DNA of 64,000 nt. It comes from Candidatus Babeliales bacterium (GTDB lineage: Bacteria; Babelota; Babeliae; Babelales; JANWKD01). Below, in pieces: positions 9,071 through 19,812 of the stretch. The notes below the pieces were generated by a model. The model saw only the letters and a program-made list of their open reading frames with translations, was not told the origin of the DNA and did not search any database. The DNA is taken from contig OY969622.1 in the NCBI GenBank assembly GCA_963701665.1, positions 288,001-352,000 on the forward strand, written 5' to 3'. The translations under genes and the position numbers were made by a program. The number at the start of each line of letters is the position of its first letter. Position 1 is the stretch's first letter.

Positions 9071-12000
9071 TCATTCTTTAATACTGCGCGCGGGGGCGTT
9101 AATGAGTAACCTCGTTGGTACGGCAATATTGATTCCTTCTTTTTGCAGTGCTTGAACGAGTGAAAACCGTACGTTGCTTGCAATATCCCAGATTTCTAAC
9201 GTTTTATTACTGCTAACAAACCCGCGCAACAAAAATTCGTAACCATTTTCACCAAAATTTTCAAGTCGAATAATAGGGCGAGGGCTCTTAAGCAAATCAG
9301 GATTTGCATCAAGTACTTTTTCTATAATCGATTTTACCTGTAAAGGATCAGCAGTATATGGCACAGTTACGAAAATATCATCAAAGGCGATAAACCCGCG
9401 CGAATAGTTCCAGTTGAGTACCGTTTCATTAATGACTGTTGCATTAGGCACAATTACCGTATAGCTGTTTTTTGTACGAATAATAACCGAGCGTGGGGTG
9501 ATATGGCGTACGACACCTAAATTTTCTTTCACCATCACCAAATCACCAATTTTGACCGGTCGTTGCACTAAAATAATGAAGTATGAAATAAAGTCGCTAA
9601 TTGGTTCTTTGACGATATAACCGATGCTGGCGATTACTAAACCGATTGCAAAGAGTAAACTTCCTAAATTTGCCCATTGGAAACCAAGGAAAATCGCCGC
9701 GATGACAATTAAATAGCGCGATAAACTAAAGACGGTATTTTGAACGCCGATATCCACCGGTAACAATTGGAAAATACGATTTAAAACAAAGCGGTTGACG
9801 GTAAACGCAAGAATAAAGCCAGCGCATATGAAGCCTATTAAATAGAGGATCGTTAGCGGGGTGAGCCAAATATGTTGCCCTGTAACAACATCAAAACTGC
9901 TTGGGTATAATGGGTAATTTAAAATGTATGAAATTTCATGCCACGAGGTGGATTTACCCCAAATGCGTAAACTTAATACGATGCCAATGATAGTGATGGC
10001 AATAAAGAGCCCAACGACAAAAAGTCCGTACCATGTTTTTGCATAAACAAAACGTTCTTTAATAGCTTCTTCATCACTATCAAAGAATAATTTTGATGCT
10101 CTCTTTTTTAAATAATCTTGGCCCATAAGCAATAATTTAATCAGCACTATCGTACCGATGATGCCCCACATAACATAGGACACTAAATTACCATAACCGC
10201 CGACATATGAATCGCTGATAATCATCAAAATAATGATGAAAACAAGGAGTGGATAATAATACCGCTTAATGAAATCAGCAACAGCCTGCCAAACCGGACG
10301 GCGCGTTGGCAACAAGCTTATTATTTCCTCCTTGCCAATTGAGAAGATGATTAAGATTCTCAATACGATCGAGTAGGTTGCGAGCAAGATAGTTGGGAAC
10401 TCAGTCGCATGATAGGTAGCCAAAATAAACGCTTCACGGAAGAAAAGTAATATAACGGTTAAATAGCCAACCCAGGAGAATACAAATGAAAACCGTTTTT
10501 GAAATTGTTGACCAAAGAGTAATGAATTATGCGTTTTATTGTATTCAATGATATAGGCGATGAAACGATTAATAAGGTAGAGGAAATATACGATTGAAAG
10601 AAGATAAAACATGACCTGCAAGAACAGATCAATAATCACATCAAAATAGATGAGTGTGAACAGTGCAAACCAGCAAAAAATTGAAAAAAAGTAATCATTA
10701 ATAAAGCTGAGTGTTACACCAAGCGTTCGCGAAGCGATAAGTAACCATCGTTTTGGTGTGGAAAAACGCATGAAATAACTAATTGCCTGTGGTAACTGTT
10801 TTTTGATGACAAAATAAATAACAATGAGGGCAATTATTTTCAGAAGCATGAATAAGATATCAAAAATATGGCTGCCGACCTGTTCAGGCATTTTCATTAA
10901 ATTATGAGGATCAAAATTTGAAATATATACCGATGCGAGGGTAATAACATCTTTAAAGAAGAGCAAAAGGTCGTTACCTATGTTTTTAATACCTTTCCAT
11001 GAAATAGCATATTCCGATCGCTGCCAAATACTCTTACTTTCAAAGGTTGAGATGATGCTTGAAAGCTCTTGGCTTGTATTGCGGATAGTCGTGAGATTGG
11101 TGCTATAGATTTTTAATAAACGGTTACTTTCATCAATTTGTTCGCCCAATGTTTTTTCAGCGATGGTGAATCGAGCGATGCAAGCATTGTAGATTGGAAG
11201 ATTACCGCGGAACAATTTATTACGCTGGTTTTTGAGATCTGCAATGATAAGCTTAATATTCGCTAATGCTTTATTTTGCATGATGAGCGCATTTTGCATC
11301 GTGGTTGTTTTTTCCTTGATAGCGGCTTCATCACGATTGAGCTCAGTTACCAATGATTGATATTGTTTCAATTCTTGGTCAATTTCATCAGTTGATTTGA
11401 ATTGGCGACGGCTGATTTTATACCAAGAAATTAAAATATCAACTTCGATTTCTTTTCGTTTAAAGGATATTTTTTCATTTTCAATGTTTGCTTTTAATGT
11501 TTCAATTTTATTTTCAAGTAACGTTGTTTGCGCATATTTAAGACCAAGTTCAGCGAGCGCTGTATAAGTATCCAAGGTCTTAGGTATGATACTCCAATCG
11601 CTCAACCCGAGCGCGTTGCTATCAATTTTGGTATAATTCTTTTTGAGCGTATCAATCTCTTGAATAAGATCATCGCGATACATAGTTAATTTTTTAATGG
11701 CTTCGTAATAGCCATCACGTATACTCAATGATTCTTTTTTTTGTAGTTCTAATTTTTCTTTGGCGACTTTTATATCTTTTGGTTCAATACGCAGTGATTC
11801 TTTTACGCGTGCAAAATGAGCTTTGAGTAATTTCAATTTTTCTGATTCGAGCGCAATTGACGTGTCAAAGAATGCTATTTTTTTAGTAATTTCTTGTATT
11901 TTAAGCTCTGCGAGCTGTTTTTCATGGCGATAGAATGTTTCCTCTACATCCAGCAATTTTCCTTGTTGTCTGAAATCAAGTTCTGTTTGTTCAGGTGATG

Positions 12001-12673
12001 TTGTTGGTACCACTGATTTGGTACTGAATTCTTCCTGCTTCTTTTTACGTTCTTGGTATTCCTTGTTGATGGCTGATATCTTGCGTTTGCGATTATCAAG
12101 ATCAACGATCGCTTCATTTTTTTGTTCAACTAAACGCTTAACCTTATCATCTTGAGCGACAATTCTTTTTGAGAGTTCTTGTAATTCTTCAAAGGTGTAG
12201 AACGAGTGCAATTTTAAGTTGAGTGATTTAAATTCAGGATCTTTTAAAAAGTCTTCAAGTAAAGCAATATGCTGTTCGAGTACTTTGAGGATCTCTTTAT
12301 ATGAAAACTGTAAGGTAAACAATGTTTGATACGTTTCATTCCATACTGAAAGCAATGAATTTAAGAACGGAGCTTCCTGCGGAGCTTCTTTGATTTGCTT
12401 TTTAACGTCATTAATTTGCTCAGTTGTTTGATCCAGATTTCCCTGTACCTTGTCTAAGAATTCCTTTTGCCCATTTTGCAATTCAGTTAATTCATTTTCT
12501 AAATATCCCAGCTGTTCTTTTTTTTCTGCAATGCCTAAAGGAAGACGTATTTTTGTAGTAGGCAGATCAGCCTTTTTTGTAGCAAATTTAAAAAAATCGA
12601 ATATCCCTGCATGTATAGATACGGCGTGCAAGACTACCAAAAAGATGATAATCAAACGATTATATAGTTTCAT
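9071..12673 (-). CDS. Large MscS-family mechanosensitive channel (MscK-like) with long coiled-coil periplasmic region
   Basis: Signal peptide, ~550 aa coiled-coil, multiple TMs, C-terminal ISDFISYFIILVQRPVKIGDLV...VIVPNA...NW MscS signature. Confidence 0.88.
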   Translation of the reverse strand: MKLYNRLIIIFLVVLHAVSIHAGIFDFFKFATKKADLPTTKIRLPLGIAEKKEQLGYLENELTELQNGQKEFLDKVQGNLDQTTEQINDVKKQIKEAPQEAPFLNSLLSVWNETYQTLFTLQFSYKEILKVLEQHIALLEDFLKDPEFKSLNLKLHSFYTFEELQELSKRIVAQDDKVKRLVEQKNEAIVDLDNRKRKISAINKEYQERKKKQEEFSTKSVVPTTSPEQTELDFRQQGKLLDVEETFYRHEKQLAELKIQEITKKIAFFDTSIALESEKLKLLKAHFARVKESLRIEPKDIKVAKEKLELQKKESLSIRDGYYEAIKKLTMYRDDLIQEIDTLKKNYTKIDSNALGLSDWSIIPKTLDTYTALAELGLKYAQTTLLENKIETLKANIENEKISFKRKEIEVDILISWYKISRRQFKSTDEIDQELKQYQSLVTELNRDEAAIKEKTTTMQNALIMQNKALANIKLIIADLKNQRNKLFRGNLPIYNACIARFTIAEKTLGEQIDESNRLLKIYSTNLTTIRNTSQELSSIISTFESKSIWQRSEYAISWKGIKNIGNDLLLFFKDVITLASVYISNFDPHNLMKMPEQVGSHIFDILFMLLKIIALIVIYFVIKKQLPQAISYFMRFSTPKRWLLIASRTLGVTLSFINDYFFSIFCWFALFTLIYFDVIIDLFLQVMFYLLSIVYFLYLINRFIAYIIEYNKTHNSLLFGQQFQKRFSFVFSWVGYLTVILLFFREAFILATYHATEFPTILLATYSIVLRILIIFSIGKEEIISLLPTRRPVWQAVADFIKRYYYPLLVFIIILMIISDSYVGGYGNLVSYVMWGIIGTIVLIKLLLMGQDYLKKRASKLFFDSDEEAIKERFVYAKTWYGLFVVGLFIAITIIGIVLSLRIWGKSTSWHEISYILNYPLYPSSFDVVTGQHIWLTPLTILYLIGFICAGFILAFTVNRFVLNRIFQLLPVDIGVQNTVFSLSRYLIVIAAIFLGFQWANLGSLLFAIGLVIASIGYIVKEPISDFISYFIILVQRPVKIGDLVMVKENLGVVRHITPRSVIIRTKNSYTVIVPNATVINETVLNWNYSRGFIAFDDIFVTVPYTADPLQVKSIIEKVLDANPDLLKSPRPIIRLENFGENGYEFLLRGFVSSNKTLEIWDIASNVRFSLVQALQKEGINIAVPTRLLINAPARSIKE

Positions 12674-13268
12674 GGGTCACCATTATATTTTTTTCATGTG
12701 AAATTGTTTTAAAGTGATCTTTGTAAGGGTGCATTGCGATGCACTGCAATAACCACGATTCAAGCACTTTGTGATGTATTTCGTCAAGTTTTTCTTTAAA
12801 GAATGCTTCTAATCCTTGTGAAGCTAAATGAGTAAAATAACTCTTTTTAAATGGTATATTCTCAGGATATATACCCAGCGATATAAAAAAACGAAATAAA
12901 ATCAGATGTTTATTAAACGTATGAGCAGCCGTGTTAAATAGATACATGATCAAATCGAACGTATCCGGTGCCGCCGCATTAGGCGGCAAAAAATAATAGC
13001 TCAGTTCCAAAATATGATGAAAAAAGTTCAAATCATGCTTTGCAAGCTCAAAAGGGATTGTCATTATTTCAACATCATGAATTTTACTTATAGTACTTTG
13101 CTCTCCGATGGTATAACGAAGCACGGTACCATTGTTAAGCTGTTGTAAAACGCCTGATCGGTGCTTGATCAATGTTGCATCAATACGCCCGTGTTCTTTA
13201 TCAAACAAACTAATTTTTTGCTTGTACGGATAATAATTTCGTAAGACAATACCACAGTTTTTTTGCAT
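12660..13268 (-). CDS. recO: DNA repair protein RecO
   Basis: N-terminal GIVLRNY...ISLFDKEHGRI OB-fold pattern, helical middle, 202 aa. Confidence 0.75.
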   Translation of the reverse strand: MQKNCGIVLRNYYPYKQKISLFDKEHGRIDATLIKHRSGVLQQLNNGTVLRYTIGEQSTISKIHDVEIMTIPFELAKHDLNFFHHILELSYYFLPPNAAAPDTFDLIMYLFNTAAHTFNKHLILFRFFISLGIYPENIPFKKSYFTHLASQGLEAFFKEKLDEIHHKVLESWLLQCIAMHPYKDHFKTISHEKNIMVTHETI

Positions 13269-13518
13269 AGATATTTTTTTAAAAAAAGGTAAAAAAGTAT
13301 GCTTCTTTATGGTTAATGGTAACTCACATTTACGCGCGATGCTAGAAAAATGTTACTTTTAAGAAATAGGGCCGGAATAGCAGATTTTTTTCGATTCTTA
13401 AGGCACTTCTTAGAAATTTTTATAAAAATATTGATTTATTAAAGTTTCAAATAGTATTATTAGATTGAAGCATATGGAGGGTTTAGGCACTAATAAAGAC
13501 CGAAATGAAAGGCTTTTC

Positions 13519-13890
13519 ATGACCTTTATCAAAAGTTTCAATCTAGTATTTATTCTTTTTATTATGAGTATGGGCTCAGTTTCTTCACTGGAATGCCGCG
13601 GAGGCGGTGGTGGAGGCGGAGGTCACATGGGTGGCGGTGGCTTTCATGGTGGCGGTATGGGCGGTCATAGTATGAGCCATAGTATGTCCCATGAAATGGG
13701 TCACCAGGGTGGCAACCGCAATTATCGTCGAAATCGCGGAGGAGGCGGCGGATATGGCTATGGCGCAGGCGCATTCTTATTGGGTGAGGGACTTTTGCTT
13801 GATGAAGCTGTAATCGATGGTGATTATTATGATGGCGATGAATCAGGTGACGATAACGTCGATTTGGATGATGAGATCGCAGGTTATTAA
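13519..13890 (+). CDS. Gly-rich secreted hypothetical protein
   Basis: Signal peptide then RGGGGGGGGHMGGGG..., aromatic/hydrophobic patch, acidic tail. Confidence 0.75.
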   Translation: MTFIKSFNLVFILFIMSMGSVSSLECRGGGGGGGGHMGGGGFHGGGMGGHSMSHSMSHEMGHQGGNRNYRRNRGGGGGYGYGAGAFLLGEGLLLDEAVIDGDYYDGDESGDDNVDLDDEIAGY

Positions 13891-13944
13891 AAAGTGTGTA
13901 AAAATTTGAAAAATAATAGCTAAACAGACTCTCCCTTCACTATT

Positions 13945-13982
13945 ATACGATGCTCATGTTTAAAAAAACGTGAGCATCGTAT
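13945..13982. terminator. Hairpin between convergent genes (probable terminator)
   Basis: atacgatgctcatgttt...aaacgtgagcatcgtat inverted repeat. Confidence 0.65.
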
Positions 13983-13991
13983 CCCGCGTTT

Positions 13992-16064
13992 TTAAAGGCC
14001 AAGATCTCTTAAAAATGCTTCATTATTTGGCGCTCTGCCAAGAAAATCGAAAAGTAATTCATTAGGATCTTTGCTGCCACCTTTACTTAAGACTTTGTTG
14101 CTATAACGCTCGCCAACTTCGGGGTTGAGAAGTCCCTCGTTTTTGATAGTTGCAAATAAGTCGAGTGCAAATACTTTTGACCACAAATAACCATAATAAC
14201 GCGCGTCATAACTGGTTAAATGGCCGAATGAAGTTTGCATATGATTGTTTTCATCGTACCAGCTATAAATGAGGATCTTATTATATAATGTTTTCATGAT
14301 TTCTTCGGTATTCTTGCGCGCACCTTCTTTAAAATAATGTAGGGAAAGCAGCGATAAAAATATTTGCCGTGTAATCCATGCGCCAGAATTCAGATTTTTG
14401 AGCTCTAGCAACGTAGCAATAGTGGCTTTGGGTAGTTTTTCACCCGTACTATAATGGTTGCTTAAATTGTATAAAATATCCTCATCCCATAACCATTCTT
14501 CAAGCATTTGCGAGGGCAGTTCAACAAAGTCATGTTTTGTGTGCGTGCCTGATTGTGAAGCAAGGTGCGTGGCTCCTAAAATGGCATGTAACGCGTGGCC
14601 AAATTCATGGAAGAATGTCCTGACATCCGAGCGTAACAATAATGCTGGTTTACGCGCCGTGGCTTTTGGAAAGTTAGCGATAACGACGGCAACTGACGGA
14701 ATAATTTCATTGGTATCTGAAAGAAGTGCGGGCACCACCGTCATCTCGGCCGCGTGGCTATATTTTGCTTCACGCGGATGGAGATCCATCAAAATGTAGC
14801 CGATCAGTTTCCCTCGTTTATATACCTCGAGTGTTCTAACATCTTCATGCCACAAGCCTTGTGCATGAACTTGTTTGAAAGAAAGATTAAAAAACGATTC
14901 ATAAATTTTGAGTAACCCATCAATGGTGGAAGCCATAGGGAAATACTCTGCAATGTTATATTCATCGATATTAAATTTATTTTTCTTGAGTAGTTCAGTA
15001 GCATATGCTTTATCCCAAGGATAAAATTTTCCATCAGGCGTGAGCGGGATTGATGAAAGAAGTTCATCTTTGAGCTTTTTGAGTTCAAGCATTTCTTTTT
15101 GACTTGCTTTTTGCCATAAATCTAAAAGAAATTGTTCAACGATGGTCGGTTTTTTTGCCATTTGATTTTCAAGTGAAAGATGAGCAAAGCTCACATAGCC
15201 TGTTGCATGTGCGATCGCATCGCGCAAGTTGATAATTTTTTCAAGCACGGGGATGTTTGCCGGGTATGCTCTGTTAGAAAATGCATCATAGAGCTTTTTG
15301 CGTGTCTCGCGTGTTTCACATTGCTCCATAATTTTTGAATAGGTTGGATAATCAACGCCAAGAATAAATCTACCATCATCCGTTTTTCGTAAGGTTGCGA
15401 TAAATTCATCATCAATACCTTCAAGTTCTTCACGCGACACGATAATTTTTGAATCATCTTCATTGATATTTTTATCAAACTGCATGCTGGTATTGGCAAG
15501 TTCTTTTTGTAATGCACTAATGCGAGCACGTTTATCTTCTGGCAAATGAAGCCCGTTGCGCGCAAATTCCTCGAGCATTTCTTGCTCAAAATAACGCTCT
15601 TCATCACTTAAACTTTCAGTGATAGCGCGTGTTTGCGCGTGCTGCGCTATTACTCGATATAATTTGAGATTATAAGTAAAGAGATCGACGGCTGCTTGTT
15701 GTAATTTGAGAAGCTCTTCTTGAGCTGTCTTTCTCATTTGTTCACTTGGGCTTAGATTAAACAATACTTCAAGGACTTGCGTCATGCGTTTGAATGTATC
15801 CATGATCCCATCAAGATGGCGGAGCGTGTTATCGTAGGTGAGTTGATCAGGAGATAATTCAACTAACATCTGAATTTGATGCATGACATCATGCAATGTA
15901 TCTGCCGCTCGTTTTCGTAATTCGTCAGGGCTTGTTGGAAATAAATTGACAACATCATGTAATGATTGAATGTGCATAGGCCTAAAATGCTGCCGTGCGT
16001 TTGCCTGGCGATCTGAACTAATAAGTGACATAAGTATCAATACTTTCAATAGAGATGTTTTCAT
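13992..16064 (-). CDS. M3A zinc oligopeptidase (thimet oligopeptidase-like), with signal peptide
   Basis: TFFHEFGHALH, DFVELPSQMLEEW, DLHPREAKYSHAA, YYGYLWSKV. Confidence 0.92.
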   Translation of the reverse strand: MKTSLLKVLILMSLISSDRQANARQHFRPMHIQSLHDVVNLFPTSPDELRKRAADTLHDVMHQIQMLVELSPDQLTYDNTLRHLDGIMDTFKRMTQVLEVLFNLSPSEQMRKTAQEELLKLQQAAVDLFTYNLKLYRVIAQHAQTRAITESLSDEERYFEQEMLEEFARNGLHLPEDKRARISALQKELANTSMQFDKNINEDDSKIIVSREELEGIDDEFIATLRKTDDGRFILGVDYPTYSKIMEQCETRETRKKLYDAFSNRAYPANIPVLEKIINLRDAIAHATGYVSFAHLSLENQMAKKPTIVEQFLLDLWQKASQKEMLELKKLKDELLSSIPLTPDGKFYPWDKAYATELLKKNKFNIDEYNIAEYFPMASTIDGLLKIYESFFNLSFKQVHAQGLWHEDVRTLEVYKRGKLIGYILMDLHPREAKYSHAAEMTVVPALLSDTNEIIPSVAVVIANFPKATARKPALLLRSDVRTFFHEFGHALHAILGATHLASQSGTHTKHDFVELPSQMLEEWLWDEDILYNLSNHYSTGEKLPKATIATLLELKNLNSGAWITRQIFLSLLSLHYFKEGARKNTEEIMKTLYNKILIYSWYDENNHMQTSFGHLTSYDARYYGYLWSKVFALDLFATIKNEGLLNPEVGERYSNKVLSKGGSKDPNELLFDFLGRAPNNEAFLRDLGL

Positions 16065-16076
16065 AGTGATTCGCTT

Positions 16077-16580
16077 TCATTTTTTAGTTACTCTGTTTTG
16101 ATTTTTTTTGTTTGTAGCCTCCAGCATTTTTAATTCTTCCCAGACGTCCGTAGTAAATGCCGGGACTTTGCTTTCCGAGCGCATTAATCCGATAGAATAT
16201 ACGTCCACTTCCAGTATTTTTTCGGCTTGGGTGAATGCAGATGAAAATTGTTTTTCATCATATCTATAAAGAGCAAGGCAAACTTGCGCACTATGTGCAT
16301 AGTTATTTTCAGCTTTTTTTAAAAAATATTCTTTGTCTTCAGGGCCTATTCGTTTTCTAGTTGCTTTCTTTGCATATTTTTTTGCCTTCCGTAAATAGCT
16401 TTTCTGAGCTTTTTTTGCCTCAGGAATCGTCATGGGTATTAATTTACCCGTTTTACGTGGAGCCGGTTCTTCAGATGAGAATGAGACCCGTTTTCTTTGT
16501 CTTGGACTTCCTGGTGATTCTTCCATGCATACTAGGGGAAGAAAAGTCAGAAAGCAAAGCAAATAACTATATTTTTTCAT
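16077..16580 (-). CDS. Secreted hypothetical protein with RVxF motif
   Basis: Signal peptide ending LVC-MEE; RKRVSF at residues 29-34. Confidence 0.75.
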   Translation of the reverse strand: MKKYSYLLCFLTFLPLVCMEESPGSPRQRKRVSFSSEEPAPRKTGKLIPMTIPEAKKAQKSYLRKAKKYAKKATRKRIGPEDKEYFLKKAENNYAHSAQVCLALYRYDEKQFSSAFTQAEKILEVDVYSIGLMRSESKVPAFTTDVWEELKMLEATNKKNQNRVTKK

Positions 16581-16768
16581 AAAGCACCTAAAAATATGTA
16601 TAGCAACGCATGATTATTAAAGTAAATATAACTATACCGAATTTACGGATTCAATTGAATAGGGCGACGTTTTTATGTTTCTATAATATTGCTATTAAAC
16701 TCATAAACATGCTATTGATAATAGGGCATAAAAACATGAAAAATCATGATGGTATAGAAAGATGCGCT

Positions 16769-18430
16769 ATGGTAACAAATAAACGGATTGTTTTTATTGG
16801 TTTCATTCTTAATGTTATGTGCTTAAGAGCGATGGAAGAATGGGGAAAATATTCCGATCAAGAAGCTAAACCAGTAATTCGTAGTTGGACTAATGCACAG
16901 CCCTCGCGTGGTAATGAAGCGTATGATGATAAAAAAATGACTGAAATGATTGTATTTCGGTCTGACAATGATATTGTGGAGGATCCTTTAGCATTCCAAG
17001 AACAAAGGCGTAGTGATATTAAAGGATACTGTGCCAAATTAGAATCATATGAAGCTAAAAAATTGTGCACTGATCTTGAGCGTATCTGTTCGCATGATGA
17101 CGCTGATAATTTACTGCTGCTCAAAAGTGATATGGCGACAACTATTGTTGGGAAATTTGCTGGTAAAGCAAAACGAAAAAAGTATATACCGAATGTTCTT
17201 AAAGCGGCGGAAAGCATTGATAATGGAAAGGCAAGCAACTATATTGCCGTTGCCCAAGAAGAATATGTCGCAAAAATGTTGAAGGGTGAACTCCAAGCAT
17301 TTATTCTGAATCATAACGCAGTTGGAAAGTGTGTCGAATTAACAAAAACCTTAGAAACCGGCGATGTCGCTGCGATTGACTGTTCCCCAAACGGTCAAAC
17401 TTTTGTTGTGGGAGATTTGGACGGCGACGTAAGAATATATACCATGGATGGAGCATGCATAAAAGAATTAAGTAATGAAGAACCTGATATTGGATCTATT
17501 CGTTTTTCTCCTGATGGAAAAACTATTGCAGCATGGTTTGTCGGGGGATATATAAAACGATGGGATACTGAATCCGGAAATCTCATAAAAGACGTTAAAT
17601 TTAACTTTAAAGTACACGACTCTCATCAAAACACGCGCGTCATTAGTTTTTCACCAGATACTTCATGTATTGCTTCAACGTGTAACGGGAAAAAAATTAA
17701 AATATGGGATATTGATTCTGCAGAATGCAAGATCATCGATGATACTGCATATGCGCTTTGCTTTTATCCGGATGGTTCAAGGATAGTTTATGCTACTCCA
17801 ACGGAAATAAAGGTAATGCATATTGAATTACAAAAATGGTTAAGGACAATACCGTATAATACCGGACCAAATGACTATAGATTATTGAGCGTGTCTCATG
17901 ATGGCGTATTATTGGCAGTGAGTGGGAATGAGTATGAACGTTTGCCAGATGGCGAACTACAGTACGTAGCTTCTGGAGATGGTATCAACGTATACGATAT
18001 TCTTTCAAAACCTACGCGTGTGATGTCTACTGGAAGCGGGCTTACTTGCCTTAATCCAATTTATTTTTCTCCAAAAGAGACACTATTTGTTTCATGGGAT
18101 GACGAGCTATTCAAATTGTGGCATACAAGATCAAAACAATGTACGAATCTTAAAAGTCATGATGACGACATTACAGCAGTTTGTTTTTCTCGAGAAGGGG
18201 ATAATATTCTCTCTAGTTATAAGAACGGTGTAACATTAATTCATAAGCTTGAGAATTTCAAAACAACATTTAAACTTCCAAGCTTGTTGTTTCTCCTACA
18301 TTTTGTACATAATAATTGCACTATAAGCAAAGACATTGCCTTGTCTCCACATCAAGAGGATCTTATTTCGCAGTTTCTTGCATTTTATAAAGAGTTAAAA
18401 GAATGGAAATCGCCAAGCACTGGACAATAA
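16769..18430 (+). CDS. Secreted WD40-repeat protein
   Basis: Signal peptide (LRA-MEE); repeats such as FSPDGKTIA...IKRWD, FSPDTSCIAS...IKIWD, HDDDITAVCFS; start chosen by match to the paralog's upstream region. Confidence 0.85.
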   Translation: MVTNKRIVFIGFILNVMCLRAMEEWGKYSDQEAKPVIRSWTNAQPSRGNEAYDDKKMTEMIVFRSDNDIVEDPLAFQEQRRSDIKGYCAKLESYEAKKLCTDLERICSHDDADNLLLLKSDMATTIVGKFAGKAKRKKYIPNVLKAAESIDNGKASNYIAVAQEEYVAKMLKGELQAFILNHNAVGKCVELTKTLETGDVAAIDCSPNGQTFVVGDLDGDVRIYTMDGACIKELSNEEPDIGSIRFSPDGKTIAAWFVGGYIKRWDTESGNLIKDVKFNFKVHDSHQNTRVISFSPDTSCIASTCNGKKIKIWDIDSAECKIIDDTAYALCFYPDGSRIVYATPTEIKVMHIELQKWLRTIPYNTGPNDYRLLSVSHDGVLLAVSGNEYERLPDGELQYVASGDGINVYDILSKPTRVMSTGSGLTCLNPIYFSPKETLFVSWDDELFKLWHTRSKQCTNLKSHDDDITAVCFSREGDNILSSYKNGVTLIHKLENFKTTFKLPSLLFLLHFVHNNCTISKDIALSPHQEDLISQFLAFYKELKEWKSPSTGQ

Positions 18431-18535
18431 TTTTTTGCTTGCACGTACTTCGTTATTTTTGCCTTTTGAATCAATCATAGTATTGATAGAGATTAAAAAC
18501 ATGAAAATCATGACTTATAGAAAGATGCAAACACT

Positions 18536-19312
18536 ATGATAACCAATAAACAGACTATTTTTATTGTTTTCATTCTTAATGGGATGTACCTAGGCGCAAT
18601 GGAAAAATGGGGAGAAGATTCGCGTGAAGAGTCTAAACTAGTAACTCGAAGTTTGGATGAACAATTTGCCCATCTACTTGATTATGAAACGTACGATGAT
18701 TTTGAACCAATAATCAAAGTGAGTAACCCTCTACATAATCCAAAATACAAGGATGCGGGAAAAGCATTAGCACATAAGGATAAATTAACCAAAAAGAAAC
18801 TGCTTGAGAATGCGCTTGATTTTCAAGATCAAAGGTACGCTGATCCCAGAGGATATTGTGAGGTATTAAGGCAAATGAAAGCTGAGGAATTACGCATTTG
18901 GTTGGAGCGTGCCTGTTCTTTTGATACTAAAGCTTTAGAGGATTTTAGGCAGGATACGGCAGTCATATTTGTTGCAAGGGTTGTGGATCAAGTGCGCGGA
19001 CCTGAATACATGCAAAATTTTTTTAAGGATGCAGAAAGCGTCGAAAATAATAAAAAAACAAGTGCATACATTGCTAATGCCGTAGAAAAGTATATCAGCC
19101 AAAATATGGTATGGGCATTCACGAATGCTTTTATTAAGAAGCATAAAACAGACCGGACAGAATTACTAAAGCTTTCAAGCTTAATGTTTCTTGAATATTT
19201 TGTGCACAATGATGGGGAGATTAGCAAGGACATTCCATTGTCTTCGCATCAAAAGGATCTTATTTCAGAAATTCGTGGCTTTTGTGCCGATTCAGAAAAT
19301 GGGATTCCGTGA
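18536..19312 (+). CDS. Paralog of the upstream WD40 protein lacking the WD40 domain
   Basis: Shares FQxQRxxDxxGYC...LERxCSxD and the C-terminal KLxSLxFLxxFVHN..ISKDIxLSxHQxDLIS with 16769..18430. Confidence 0.8.
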   Translation: MITNKQTIFIVFILNGMYLGAMEKWGEDSREESKLVTRSLDEQFAHLLDYETYDDFEPIIKVSNPLHNPKYKDAGKALAHKDKLTKKKLLENALDFQDQRYADPRGYCEVLRQMKAEELRIWLERACSFDTKALEDFRQDTAVIFVARVVDQVRGPEYMQNFFKDAESVENNKKTSAYIANAVEKYISQNMVWAFTNAFIKKHKTDRTELLKLSSLMFLEYFVHNDGEISKDIPLSSHQKDLISEIRGFCADSENGIP

Positions 19313-19365
19313 GCAATCAAATTTAATGAGAGTGGAAATAGCGATTTGAGTGCTTTTTATTTTTT

Positions 19366-19397
19366 AAAAAAGGGTAGCAATAAAACTACCCTTTTTT
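19366..19397. terminator. Bidirectional terminator
   Basis: aaaaaagggtag-caataaaa-ctaccctttttt between convergent genes. Confidence 0.8.
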
Positions 19398-19405
19398 CAT
19401 GCCTA

Positions 19406-19774
19406 TTAATTACGATTTTTAAAATATTTATAGAGAGCATAAGAACCGGCTGATAATGTTATGGCAGATGTTGCAAATCCGGTACCGAATCCCTTAAGGA
19501 AACTGAAATCATTGTCGTATTTTACTTGTCCTAAACAATTATTACGGAAGCTGGGTATTAAAAGAATTGGAAAAAAAGTGCCATAAAATAAACCAGCTTT
19601 GAATTGACTTGGGCGTGAAGGAATTCGCATAGGTGGTTTAGGTCTTTGAGGATCCATGAATTCTGCTCTTTCTGCTTCCGTGAGATTTTTTCCTGAGAGT
19701 GTCGCTGAAGAAGGCATGTGGCAAGCCATGGCGGATAAGCCTATGAGGGCTGCTAAAATGTATCGTTTATTCAT
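19406..19774 (-). CDS. Hypothetical secreted/membrane protein
   Basis: AAGGAA RBS, signal peptide, two hydrophobic segments. Confidence 0.7.
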   Translation of the reverse strand: MNKRYILAALIGLSAMACHMPSSATLSGKNLTEAERAEFMDPQRPKPPMRIPSRPSQFKAGLFYGTFFPILLIPSFRNNCLGQVKYDNDFSFLKGFGTGFATSAITLSAGSYALYKYFKNRN

Positions 19775-19812
19775 AGTAATTTAATTCCTTGTTACCGGTA
19801 TAAAACTATATT

